Source of the DNA: Candidatus Eiseniibacteriota bacterium
GTDB lineage: Bacteria; Eisenbacteria; RBG-16-71-46
Length of the DNA: 52,409 nucleotides
Assembly: GCA_031370785.1 (NCBI GenBank)
Contig: JANMQY010000029.1
Location: 1 to 52,409, forward strand
Direction: 5' to 3'
How positions within the stretch are numbered: the first letter of the stretch is position 1; the number at the start of each line of letters is the position of its first letter. Made by a program: the position numbers and the translations under genes. The notes under the pieces are model-generated. The model was not told the origin of the DNA. It saw only the letters and a program-made list of their open reading frames with translations, and made no database searches. This document shows, one piece after another, positions 9,141-17,909 of the stretch.

Positions 9141-11708
9141 TCATTCGATCCAGTACAGGTACTTCGCGATCCCGCGGACGGGAGGTGAAAGAGCGCTCGA
9201 TTCGGTGCCCACCGCGCGGCCCCCGGCTCGCAGCTTCTCGCTGCCGACGGCGCTGCGGCGGCGGAGGAGCCTACGGATGCGGGCGCGCAGTGTCAAGTCC
9301 TCAGGCGTGAAGCCCGCGGCGTGGTCGAGGGAATCCTCCGGGGCGAGCGCGATCAGGCGACACGCGGCGACGTAGCCCCCGGCTTCGGCGACGGCTGTGC
9401 CGAGCATTGGCCCGGCCAGGACGCTGTCTCCCTCGGCCCAGCGCGCGAGTCCCCGGTTCAGCGCGATGCCAGCGTCGCGACGCCCCAGAGCGAGGGCCGC
9501 GCGCCAGTGCTCATCGGCGGCATGCAGGCTGTCCATCGCGGCCAGCACGACGCCGAGATTGTTCTGCGCCGACGCCGACTGAGGCGCCTTGGCCAGGGCG
9601 CTCTCCAGCTGCTTGCGCGCTCCATCGAAATCCTCGCCCTCGAAGTCGATCCGGGCGACCTCCTGGAGCGCGTCTGCAGTCGCCTCGAGCTCGCGCGAGG
9701 CGGCACCGAAGTGCGCGGCGAAATATTCGTCGCGGATCTCCGAGACTGCCTTGGCCTCGGCCGCGATCCGGGCGCTGAAGCGGGCCTCGACGAGCGTGGG
9801 GATGCGGCGCTCGCCCGGTGGCAGGGCCGGCTCGTAGCGAACCTGCGAGTCGGTGACGTCCACGTAATCGACCGGGCCGCGGGCGGACGCCGCGACGATC
9901 TCGTCAGCGCCGTCGCGCCACGCCTGCGCGAAGCCGCGCGCCAGCGACGTGGTCTCGAGCGGGATCCAGACCCTCTCGTCCGCGATGACCATCATGGTGC
10001 TGTCGGCGCCGAGGGCCGAGCGGTTGCGCTCGTGCAGGCCGGTGTCCACCACCAGGAAGATGTGCCCGGGGACGTCCACGAACCGGGTGTCCACCCCGAC
10101 GTTCCCGAGCAGTGACGCCATGAGCACCGTGGTGTCGTCGCAATCGCCGCTCAACCGCTCGAGGGTCTGATAGGGATAGTGGATCGTGTCCACCGCGTGC
10201 GGCGTCGCCGAAATGGTGGCGAATGGGTTGGTGGGGTCGGGCACATAGGCCATGCCAAGGTCCGCCAGCGCGTCGGTCATCGCCGCCGCGAACGCGAGGT
10301 TGCGATTGCCGAACGGATTCCCCTCGAGAGCGAGCGCGAGGCGGCCAGCCTGGCGCGCCAGCCCGTCCACGGCCGGATCGCGGGGCGTGACGAACGCCGC
10401 CGCCTGGGCCATGCCGTCGCTCCAGTCGATGGCGCCGGGGGCATAGGCGACCGTGCGGGCAACCCCCTTCTCGCGCCTCACCAGCCGCTTGCTCTGGTAG
10501 CTCGCGGTGACCTGCACCTGGACCGGCCTGTCGCCGCGCTGGGCGAGCACCTTCTCGTCGAAGATCGCGGTGAGCGGCAGATCGCTCACCGCCCTGGGTC
10601 GCAGCGTCACCTCCTGCTCGCTCGGCACGCTCATCAGATCGGGAATGTAGACTCCGACCCGCGTCGTCAGGGGCCGATCCTGAAGGTTGCGCAGCTGAAC
10701 CGAGCCGAACCCGTCGCGTGCGTAGAACTTGTAGAGCGAGGTGTAGAGCTCGCGCGTCTGCACCTTCTCGATCCGCAACAGCGCGGGATTGAAATTGAAC
10801 TCCACGGAGAGCGAGAAGTGATCGGTCGCGGCCAGAGTCGGGGGCATGGTCCGCGCCCAGTCCGCGCGCACCGCCCCTGCCTTGAACCCGAGTCCCATGG
10901 ACCAGGTCGCCGCTTCGATCCCGTGTCGATCCTTCTCGACTCCGCCCCGCAGCGCGACCAACGGATGCGGTGTGGCTTCGACACCGAGGTGCCAGCGGTC
11001 GTCCACGTCGAACGCGGCGGTGCCGAGATTTGACCACGCGTAGGCGGTGCCGAGGCGCAGGTTGCGCGGGTACGCGAGCTCCTTCTGGCCCTCGGGGGCG
11101 CGCAGGCTTGTCCCCGTCAGGTCCTGCCCGACCAGCGCCACACGCCAGCGGTCGGCGGGAGAGGCGAGCAGGCCCAGGTCGAGGCCGAATCCGCGTCCGG
11201 ACGTGATGCTCAGGCCGTCGAGGCTCGTGCCTTGCGTGAGGATCTTTCCGCCGGCCCCCGCCCACAGCCAGGGGAGGACCTTGAGTGCGCCTCCGAGCGT
11301 CATGCGGTTCTCGGAGAAGCCCAGCACACCGTCGTCGAATCCCGAGTGATACCAGTCGACCGCCGTCGCCCGGTCCGGCGAGAGCGGCAGCACGAACGAG
11401 ACGAGGTCATCGTGAATGCCGGTGTCGTACAGACTGGCGTGCGAGGCCGAGAACTCCTGATGCCCGACGCGCGCGAGACCGGCGGGATTCCAGAACAGCG
11501 CGCTCGCGTCGTCGGCCAGCGCGCTGAACGCGCCGCTCATCCCGATCGCGCGCGTTCCCACCGGCACTTGATTGCTGGGCGTGGCCCGCGCGGCGCGCGG
11601 CGTGCCCACGGCAATCACCAGTCCGATGAACACCGCGAGGGCGCCCGGGCGGCACCATTGCGACTCGACGCGCCGGCGCGCCGCCGCTTCGCTCCGGCGT
11701 CGGTTCAA
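9141..11708 (-). CDS. PorV/PorQ-like beta-barrel fused to a transglutaminase-like domain and C-terminal TPRs
   Basis: TTG start overlaps upstream stop (TTGA); signal peptide; GTRAIGMSGAFSALADDASALFWNPAGL (PorV/FadL-type N-terminus); GDCDD..GH..WIPLETT; TPRs AQNNLGVV, IALNRGLA; ends YLYWIE. Confidence 0.85.
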   Translation of the reverse strand: MNRRRSEAAARRRVESQWCRPGALAVFIGLVIAVGTPRAARATPSNQVPVGTRAIGMSGAFSALADDASALFWNPAGLARVGHQEFSASHASLYDTGIHDDLVSFVLPLSPDRATAVDWYHSGFDDGVLGFSENRMTLGGALKVLPWLWAGAGGKILTQGTSLDGLSITSGRGFGLDLGLLASPADRWRVALVGQDLTGTSLRAPEGQKELAYPRNLRLGTAYAWSNLGTAAFDVDDRWHLGVEATPHPLVALRGGVEKDRHGIEAATWSMGLGFKAGAVRADWARTMPPTLAATDHFSLSVEFNFNPALLRIEKVQTRELYTSLYKFYARDGFGSVQLRNLQDRPLTTRVGVYIPDLMSVPSEQEVTLRPRAVSDLPLTAIFDEKVLAQRGDRPVQVQVTASYQSKRLVRREKGVARTVAYAPGAIDWSDGMAQAAAFVTPRDPAVDGLARQAGRLALALEGNPFGNRNLAFAAAMTDALADLGMAYVPDPTNPFATISATPHAVDTIHYPYQTLERLSGDCDDTTVLMASLLGNVGVDTRFVDVPGHIFLVVDTGLHERNRSALGADSTMMVIADERVWIPLETTSLARGFAQAWRDGADEIVAASARGPVDYVDVTDSQVRYEPALPPGERRIPTLVEARFSARIAAEAKAVSEIRDEYFAAHFGAASRELEATADALQEVARIDFEGEDFDGARKQLESALAKAPQSASAQNNLGVVLAAMDSLHAADEHWRAALALGRRDAGIALNRGLARWAEGDSVLAGPMLGTAVAEAGGYVAACRLIALAPEDSLDHAAGFTPEDLTLRARIRRLLRRRSAVGSEKLRAGGRAVGTESSALSPPVRGIAKYLYWIE

Positions 11709-14700
11709 CGCACGACCCCCAGTGTCTGCGTGCGTGTCTCGCCGAGCGCCTCGACCGTCACGAGGTACAGCCCGGCCTCGACCTCGTGGTAATCCTCGTC
11801 GCGCCCGTCCCAGCTCACGAGATTCGTCCCCTGTCCGAGGGTTTCCCCCGACATCACGACCCGCACCAGCCGGCCCGCGCGATTGTGAATCGTCACCCGC
11901 ACCGTTCCCGAGCGCGCCAGCACGAAGCCGATGCGGATCGTGGAGTTCGCAAGCGCACCGCGCGACGAGAAGATGCGCGGCGTGAGCGAAAGGGCGAGCG
12001 ACGTACCCGGTGACGCCGAGGCGGCCGACGCTGCGAAGATCGCGTAATTGCCCGCGGAGGAAAACGGCGTCGCGAGGCGCGCGCCCGCCGCGTCGAGAGT
12101 GCCGCCCAGCCGCCGCCACACTCCGTCATCTCCCGCGACGTAGAGCGTGAGCTGCGTGCCGGGCGGCGCGGCGGCGCCGGTCACCGCGAGATCGAAGGCG
12201 GCGGTCTTCTCGAGCGGCACGCCTTCCGTGCCCACCGCGAAGCCGGGAGCGAGGCGGATCGCGCCGTCGGGGAGCGTGGCGGGGACGGCGGACGGATCGA
12301 GCGGGTCGAGGTGCACGACCGCGTCGCGGGCCAGGCCGCGCGGCGGGATGTACACGTGCGCTTCGCTGTTCGTGGTGTAGACGTCGCCGCCGTCCAGGGC
12401 GGACACGAGCGCCGGAGTGGTCTGGACCGCCCATGGCGCCATGTTGTCGACGATGAACGTGACCGTCGTGACGCCGGTGAGTCCGAGTGTGTCCTGCACC
12501 GAGAGGCGCAGCTCGTAGTTTCCATCCTGCAGCCCCGACGTGTTCAGCCGCGCGAGGATGCCGTCGGTCACCGGGGTGAGCGATTGCGCGAGCGTCGTGG
12601 CCACGGGTGCCTCCCAGGACGACGCGCCGGCCGGTCTCAGGTCCACGCGCAGCGAGCGGAACCGCAGAGCGCTGGCGGTGCCGACCACCACCAGGGAGTC
12701 GCGGACGGGCTGTCGGAACACGGGCGACGTGATGACCGGCGCGGGTGGGGTAGCGGCGACCTCGAACGTGGCCGAGGCGGGAGTGGGATCGACGTGGTGC
12801 AGCATGTCGCGCGTGCGCACCCGCAGGGTATGGATGCCATCGGGGATTTCCCTGCCGACCCACGCGTCGTCGCGCAGCCAGGCCGACCACGGCGCGGAGT
12901 CGAGAGAGGTCGAGAACTCGATACCCAGCACCTGGCGGTAGGCCGCGGCGAAGTGCGTGACCTGGAGCCGGTTCGCCGACAGCGGCGGCGGCGCCGTGGT
13001 GATCACCGTCTGCGGCGGGACGCGCGCGGGCTCGTAGAGGTCCGCCCCCGTCGGGGTCCCGAACCAAAGGCTGCCCGAGTGCTCCACGGTTGCCGCGCTC
13101 ACCGTTATATCGAGCAGCCCGTCCCCGGTCGAATACGTGTGCCACAGGGTGCCGTCGAAACGGTCGACCCCGCCGCTCACGGTGCCGACCCACAGCACGC
13201 TGTCCTGGGTCTCGGCCAGGGAGCGCACCGAGGCCTGGCTCAGACCGCTCGTATAGTCGCTCCAGGTCGTGCCGTCGAATCGGCTGAGGCCGGTCTGGGT
13301 GCCGAACCACATCGCGCCGGTGTGGTCCTGGAGAATTGCGTACACATTCGGCCCGACGAGGCCGTTGGGCGCAGGCGCGTAGTTCGTCCACGTCGTGCCT
13401 TGCAGGTGGCCCACGCCGGCTGTGGTTCCGCACCACAGGCTTCCGTCGCGGCTCACGAGCAGCGATCGGATCCGATTCGCGGGAATACTGCTGCTGGCGG
13501 TGGTGTACGACGTCCACGTCGTACCGCTGTACCTGCTGAGACCGACGGTGGTCCCGAGCCAGACGGCGCCGCTCGAATCACGGGCAAGGGCGGTGATGTT
13601 GTCGCCGATCAGGCCGCCCGAGGTGCTGGAGTTGGTGAAGGGGCTCCACGAGGTTCCGTCGAAGCGCGATGCCCCGGCGGAGGTGCCAAACCACAGCGCG
13701 CCGGTGGAGTCCTGCATCACCGCCGAGACCAGGTCGCTCGCCAGCCCGCCGCCGGTCGAAGCGACGGTCACGCTCGTCCATGCCGATCGGTCGTAGCGTG
13801 CGACGCCGCCGCCTCCGGTCGCCGCCCACACGATCCCGGTGCGGTCCTCGAACACCGCCGGCGATCCGTACGCGCCGAGCCCCGCGTCGAGGAACGAAGT
13901 CCAGCTCTCGCCGTCGTAGCGGCTGACGCCGTTGTCGGTACCGGCCCACACGTTGCCGGCGCCGTCGATCGCGAGCGCCGCAACGATGCTCCCCGCCAGG
14001 CCGTCGGCGGTGGTGTAAGCCCGCCACGTCAGCCCGTCGAAGCGCGCGAGGCCGTAGTTGGTGGCCGCCCACAGCCCGCCGAAACGGTCCTCGCGGAGGC
14101 CCGTGACGTCCGAGAGTGTGAGGCTCCCGGCAGTGGTGATGCGACTCCACGAGGTTCCGTCGAAGCGGCTCAGTCCGCCGTACCGGGTCCCGATCCAGAG
14201 CACCCCGTCACGGGTCTCCAGGATGCACTCGATCCAGTCGTCTCCCAGCCCTCCGGCGGTCGTGACGGTGGTGTAGGTGGTCCACGTCGTGCCGTCGAAT
14301 CTGCTGAGGCCGCCACCCTGGGTCCCGAACCACATGTTCCCCGTGTGGTCCTCGAACAGGCACGAGAGCTGGTTAGCCGCGAGCCCGTCGCTCTGGTGGT
14401 AAGCCGTCCAGCTCGCGCCATCGAACCGGCTCGCCCCGAAGCTGGTCGCAAACCACAGGCGGTCGGCGCGGTCCTGGAGAATGGCGCGAACGTCGTTCGA
14501 CGCCAGGCCGTCGCTCGTCGTGAAGGCCCGCCAGACGCTTCCGTCGAACACGCTCACACCGCCGGCCGTTCCGAACCAGAGCCGTCCCGACCGGTCCGGC
14601 AGGATGGCGCGAACGTCCTCGTCGACGAGCCCGTCCGCTCGCGTGAAGCTCCGGAAGACCGCGCCGTCGTAACGGCTCGCGCCGTACGCGGTGGCAAACC

Positions 14701-14911
14701 ACATGTTCTCGGAGCGGTCCTCGGCAATGGCGCGCACCTGGATCGCCGCGAGTCCATCGGCGAGTCCGAACGTCTGCCACAGGCACCAAGCGGGCTCGGC
14801 GGCAACCAGCGTCACGAGGAAGGCGCAAGCGAACAGGACGCGGGCGCCGGCCGCCCGTGAAGCGCGCGGCGCCCGGGTTGCAAGGGTCCGGGCGCCGATC
14901 ACGTGAGCCAT
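11705..14911 (-). CDS. Secreted two-component-regulator-type beta-propeller protein with Ig-like domains and FlgD/T9SS-like CTD
   Basis: Signal peptide; ~13-14 repeats of DGL....V.AI..D..G..WFGT..G.SRFDG..W; C-terminus WDGRDE....AGLYLVTV...QTLGVVR. Start ATG 14911 or GTG 14926. Confidence 0.88.
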   Translation of the reverse strand: MAHVIGARTLATRAPRASRAAGARVLFACAFLVTLVAAEPAWCLWQTFGLADGLAAIQVRAIAEDRSENMWFATAYGASRYDGAVFRSFTRADGLVDEDVRAILPDRSGRLWFGTAGGVSVFDGSVWRAFTTSDGLASNDVRAILQDRADRLWFATSFGASRFDGASWTAYHQSDGLAANQLSCLFEDHTGNMWFGTQGGGLSRFDGTTWTTYTTVTTAGGLGDDWIECILETRDGVLWIGTRYGGLSRFDGTSWSRITTAGSLTLSDVTGLREDRFGGLWAATNYGLARFDGLTWRAYTTADGLAGSIVAALAIDGAGNVWAGTDNGVSRYDGESWTSFLDAGLGAYGSPAVFEDRTGIVWAATGGGGVARYDRSAWTSVTVASTGGGLASDLVSAVMQDSTGALWFGTSAGASRFDGTSWSPFTNSSTSGGLIGDNITALARDSSGAVWLGTTVGLSRYSGTTWTSYTTASSSIPANRIRSLLVSRDGSLWCGTTAGVGHLQGTTWTNYAPAPNGLVGPNVYAILQDHTGAMWFGTQTGLSRFDGTTWSDYTSGLSQASVRSLAETQDSVLWVGTVSGGVDRFDGTLWHTYSTGDGLLDITVSAATVEHSGSLWFGTPTGADLYEPARVPPQTVITTAPPPLSANRLQVTHFAAAYRQVLGIEFSTSLDSAPWSAWLRDDAWVGREIPDGIHTLRVRTRDMLHHVDPTPASATFEVAATPPAPVITSPVFRQPVRDSLVVVGTASALRFRSLRVDLRPAGASSWEAPVATTLAQSLTPVTDGILARLNTSGLQDGNYELRLSVQDTLGLTGVTTVTFIVDNMAPWAVQTTPALVSALDGGDVYTTNSEAHVYIPPRGLARDAVVHLDPLDPSAVPATLPDGAIRLAPGFAVGTEGVPLEKTAAFDLAVTGAAAPPGTQLTLYVAGDDGVWRRLGGTLDAAGARLATPFSSAGNYAIFAASAASASPGTSLALSLTPRIFSSRGALANSTIRIGFVLARSGTVRVTIHNRAGRLVRVVMSGETLGQGTNLVSWDGRDEDYHEVEAGLYLVTVEALGETRTQTLGVVR

Positions 14912-14927
14912 CCGTGCATACGCCACT

Positions 14928-17909
14928 TCAGTTCAAGAGCCTCGCCGAATAGACCTCCGTCGACGCTCCTACCGGAGCGAACCAGACGATGACCGGGGTT
15001 CCCGTGCCGTCGAGGACGATCTTGGCGCCGCGAGGCTCTCCGACCAGCGAAGAGCTGTCGCTGCTCACGTTCACCGCCGGGCCCCAGGTCGCTCCTCCGT
15101 CCGTCGAGCGCGTGTAGTAGAGGGCGGTGCCGCAGGTCCCAATCACCGCATGGATCGTGCCGTCGGGTCCGACGGCGAAGCTCTTGGGACAGATGCCGCT
15201 CAACGCCGGTGCGGACGGATGTCCGACGAGCGCGAACGTTGCGCCCCCGTTGGTCGAGCGAAGGAACGCGACACTGTCGTTCGGACCACCCGCCTGCAGA
15301 CCCATCACGTACACCGTACCGTCGGGGCCGACCTGGGCATCTCCGAGGAAGGCGAGCTTCACAACGCTGGAGATCGGGTTTCGCTCGTCCCGCACCTGGC
15401 GCGGTGTGAAGAACGAGGCCCCCCCGTTGAGCGAGCGACTGTAAAGCACCTTGTCCACCCCTGGCTCGCCGGGCAGGTGGTACTGCCAGAACGCGAATAC
15501 GCTGTCCCCTTTCGTCGCGCAGATCCGCGCCATCGAGTTCGTCTCGTACGGCTGGCTGTTGAGCGCGATCGGGATCGGAATACTGAAATTGGCGCCGCCG
15601 GTCAACGACCGGGAGTAGAAGATGCCCGTGCCCGTCCGCTCCCATGCGGCGTGAAGGTCTTCGCCGCTGCCCACCGTGAGTGCCGGGTATCTCGTCGAGA
15701 ACACGTCCACGGTGGTGGCCAGTGGGTCGATCTGGAGCCCGCCGTCCGTGGACTGCTTGAAGAAGAGCGAATCGGTGCTCGCAGAGAGTACGCAGAACTT
15801 GTTCGACGGAGTGACCGCCAGCGCCGGCTGCACCCCCTGGTGCAGGATCGGCTCCGGGTGCGACCAGTTCAGCGTGTTGTCGAGCGAGAGCGAGTGCACG
15901 GACTCGTTGAAGACGCGTCCCCACGCCATGAACAGCTCACCGCCGGTGCCCGCCACGATGTCCGGGTCCCGCGAGGCCGTGGCGGCCTTCGAGATATTGA
16001 GCGGCTGGCTGAAGGTCGGGATGGGCCCGAAATCATGGATGTCCGAGTCGCTGCGCGGGAAGACCGCGAACGATCCGTCCACCACGCCGAGGACGCCGGT
16101 GATCGTCACGATCCGCCCAGCCTCAGCCGCGAACGAGAAGTTGTCGCCGAGGGCCGCGACGAGGATCTGCTCGGAGGCACTCGCCGTCGACGCGACGCGA
16201 CGCGACGCAGCCGGGACGCTCCCGCCGCCCGGAAGGGCGACGGAGAAGGAGCCCCCGGCCGGCTGGCTTCCGGTGACCACGACGCGGTCCATCGTGACCA
16301 GCATGCCATCGAGGTCAACGCCGTTGAGGAACAGCTGGGTGTCGTCGCAGGTGTCATCGAGCAGGGTGTGCACCGACTGGAGCGTCGGAACGGGATCGGG
16401 CGCGGTGCCGAGATCGATCGCGTAAACGATGTTCACCTCCCGGGTCTCGCCCGAGGCCTCCTGGAGCGCGCCGGCGAGGACGTAAGCATGGCCCGGAGTC
16501 AGGGGGAAGCTCGTCGAGTGCACCCACAGGCCACCGCGCGTGAGTGTGGTGCCCTGGAGCGGGTAGAAGTCCCCGAACTGGCCGACGACGGTCCCCATGA
16601 CCGAAGCCCGCAGGCCGGGAGTGGATCCCGGACCCGAGAACCGCGACCGGTCCTCGCAGGGGTTGCTCGCGAGTAGGGCCGGGTCGGGCGCCTGGACCTT
16701 TTCCAGCTCGAGCACGCCGTTCAAGAAGTCGAAGGTCTGCGGGGCCCCCATCGGCGTCCCGTCGACGAGACTCGCCACGTCCTTCACGGTGACCGCCTCG
16801 TGGTCGCCGTCGTTCAGTGCGTTGCGGATCTGGAGCACGACCCGGTCGTCGTTGGGCGCGTCAAGGCGTTGCGCGCTCTCGATGGTTCCGTTCGAAGCCA
16901 GCGAATAGCTGGCGACGTTCTCGGCGCTGTTCTTCTCGACCGGCCGGTCGAACACCAGCATGACCTGGTCGAGCCGCAGTCCGCCCAGGAGGTCGTTGTC
17001 GAAGGTCGGGAACGCGTCGAGGGCGAGCGGCGCGTTGCCGATCCCGATGTCGCCCGGCCCGCGCATCTGGATCCGGTGGCGCGCCTCGCGCAGGTCGAAG
17101 CAGCCCTGCACGAACGTCAGCAGGGTGCCGACCGGCGGCGGCGTGTAGCTCGTGAGCGTGCTGCAGTCCACCATTACCGTGTCGCACACTACGCCGGAGC
17201 ATGCGGGATCGACGACGAGAAAGCCGCGGTCCGCGTGATGTTCGACGCTACTGATGGAGCTGTTGATGGCGCTCTCGTCGAGCAGCTGCACGACCTCGAG
17301 CGGTCCGTTGAGCCGGACCAGCATGCCATCCCAGGGCCTGGCGGCCGGATTCGAGAACGATTCCTCGAGCTCGGCAAGCGAACCGACGTGGAACGGCGGG
17401 AGCGGATTGCCGTGCGACGCAACGCGCACCAGCAGATCTTCGTTGTTGGTCGGACTGTCCGGCGTGACGCCCACGATCTCGCTGCTTCCGCCGATGCTGC
17501 CGATCGCGACGGCGCCCTTGTACGACTTCACCTTCCCGTAGACGACGACCGAGTCGCCGAGATGAAGCCCGAACGACGTGCCCGGGCCCTGATTCACGCC
17601 CCCGGTGAATACGCCGACGCCACTGTACGGGAGCCCGTTCCTCATCTGCATGTAGAAGCCGTACGGTTGGAACTGGTCGGCGAAGCCGGTGATGACGCCA
17701 CCCACGCCGAGCACGACGTCCCCGGTGGTCGGGTGCGGAGTCGCCAGCGGGTTCTGCAGATTGATGATCGTGAGGGTGTCGGGGCAGCAGTTCCCAGGCC
17801 CCGGCGGGTACTGCGAGGCGAATACGTTCGTCGCGAGCGCGAGCAACAGGAGGCTCGCGGCTCCGAGGGCGACCCCGCCCATTCTGCGGCCTGCAACCGG
17901 GCGGTTCAT
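14928..17909 (-). CDS. Secreted protein: OB-fold/Ig-like N-terminal region plus BNR (Asp-box) sialidase-like propeller
   Basis: Start moved to MNRPVAGRR (ATGA overlap, GAGG RBS); signal peptide; GDSVVVYGKVKSY OB-like motif; Asp-boxes STDGG, SLTGG, SLNGG, STNGG, STDGGATW. Confidence 0.8.
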   Translation of the reverse strand: MNRPVAGRRMGGVALGAASLLLLALATNVFASQYPPGPGNCCPDTLTIINLQNPLATPHPTTGDVVLGVGGVITGFADQFQPYGFYMQMRNGLPYSGVGVFTGGVNQGPGTSFGLHLGDSVVVYGKVKSYKGAVAIGSIGGSSEIVGVTPDSPTNNEDLLVRVASHGNPLPPFHVGSLAELEESFSNPAARPWDGMLVRLNGPLEVVQLLDESAINSSISSVEHHADRGFLVVDPACSGVVCDTVMVDCSTLTSYTPPPVGTLLTFVQGCFDLREARHRIQMRGPGDIGIGNAPLALDAFPTFDNDLLGGLRLDQVMLVFDRPVEKNSAENVASYSLASNGTIESAQRLDAPNDDRVVLQIRNALNDGDHEAVTVKDVASLVDGTPMGAPQTFDFLNGVLELEKVQAPDPALLASNPCEDRSRFSGPGSTPGLRASVMGTVVGQFGDFYPLQGTTLTRGGLWVHSTSFPLTPGHAYVLAGALQEASGETREVNIVYAIDLGTAPDPVPTLQSVHTLLDDTCDDTQLFLNGVDLDGMLVTMDRVVVTGSQPAGGSFSVALPGGGSVPAASRRVASTASASEQILVAALGDNFSFAAEAGRIVTITGVLGVVDGSFAVFPRSDSDIHDFGPIPTFSQPLNISKAATASRDPDIVAGTGGELFMAWGRVFNESVHSLSLDNTLNWSHPEPILHQGVQPALAVTPSNKFCVLSASTDSLFFKQSTDGGLQIDPLATTVDVFSTRYPALTVGSGEDLHAAWERTGTGIFYSRSLTGGANFSIPIPIALNSQPYETNSMARICATKGDSVFAFWQYHLPGEPGVDKVLYSRSLNGGASFFTPRQVRDERNPISSVVKLAFLGDAQVGPDGTVYVMGLQAGGPNDSVAFLRSTNGGATFALVGHPSAPALSGICPKSFAVGPDGTIHAVIGTCGTALYYTRSTDGGATWGPAVNVSSDSSSLVGEPRGAKIVLDGTGTPVIVWFAPVGASTEVYSARLLN

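Noticed and set aside
13000..14800. Recurring DNA words (e.g. GCCGTCGAA, CCGAACCA) as a CRISPR array or DGR repeats
   Set aside because: They are codon-level echoes of protein propeller repeats; no constant repeat-spacer structure, and no cas or reverse-transcriptase gene in the window.
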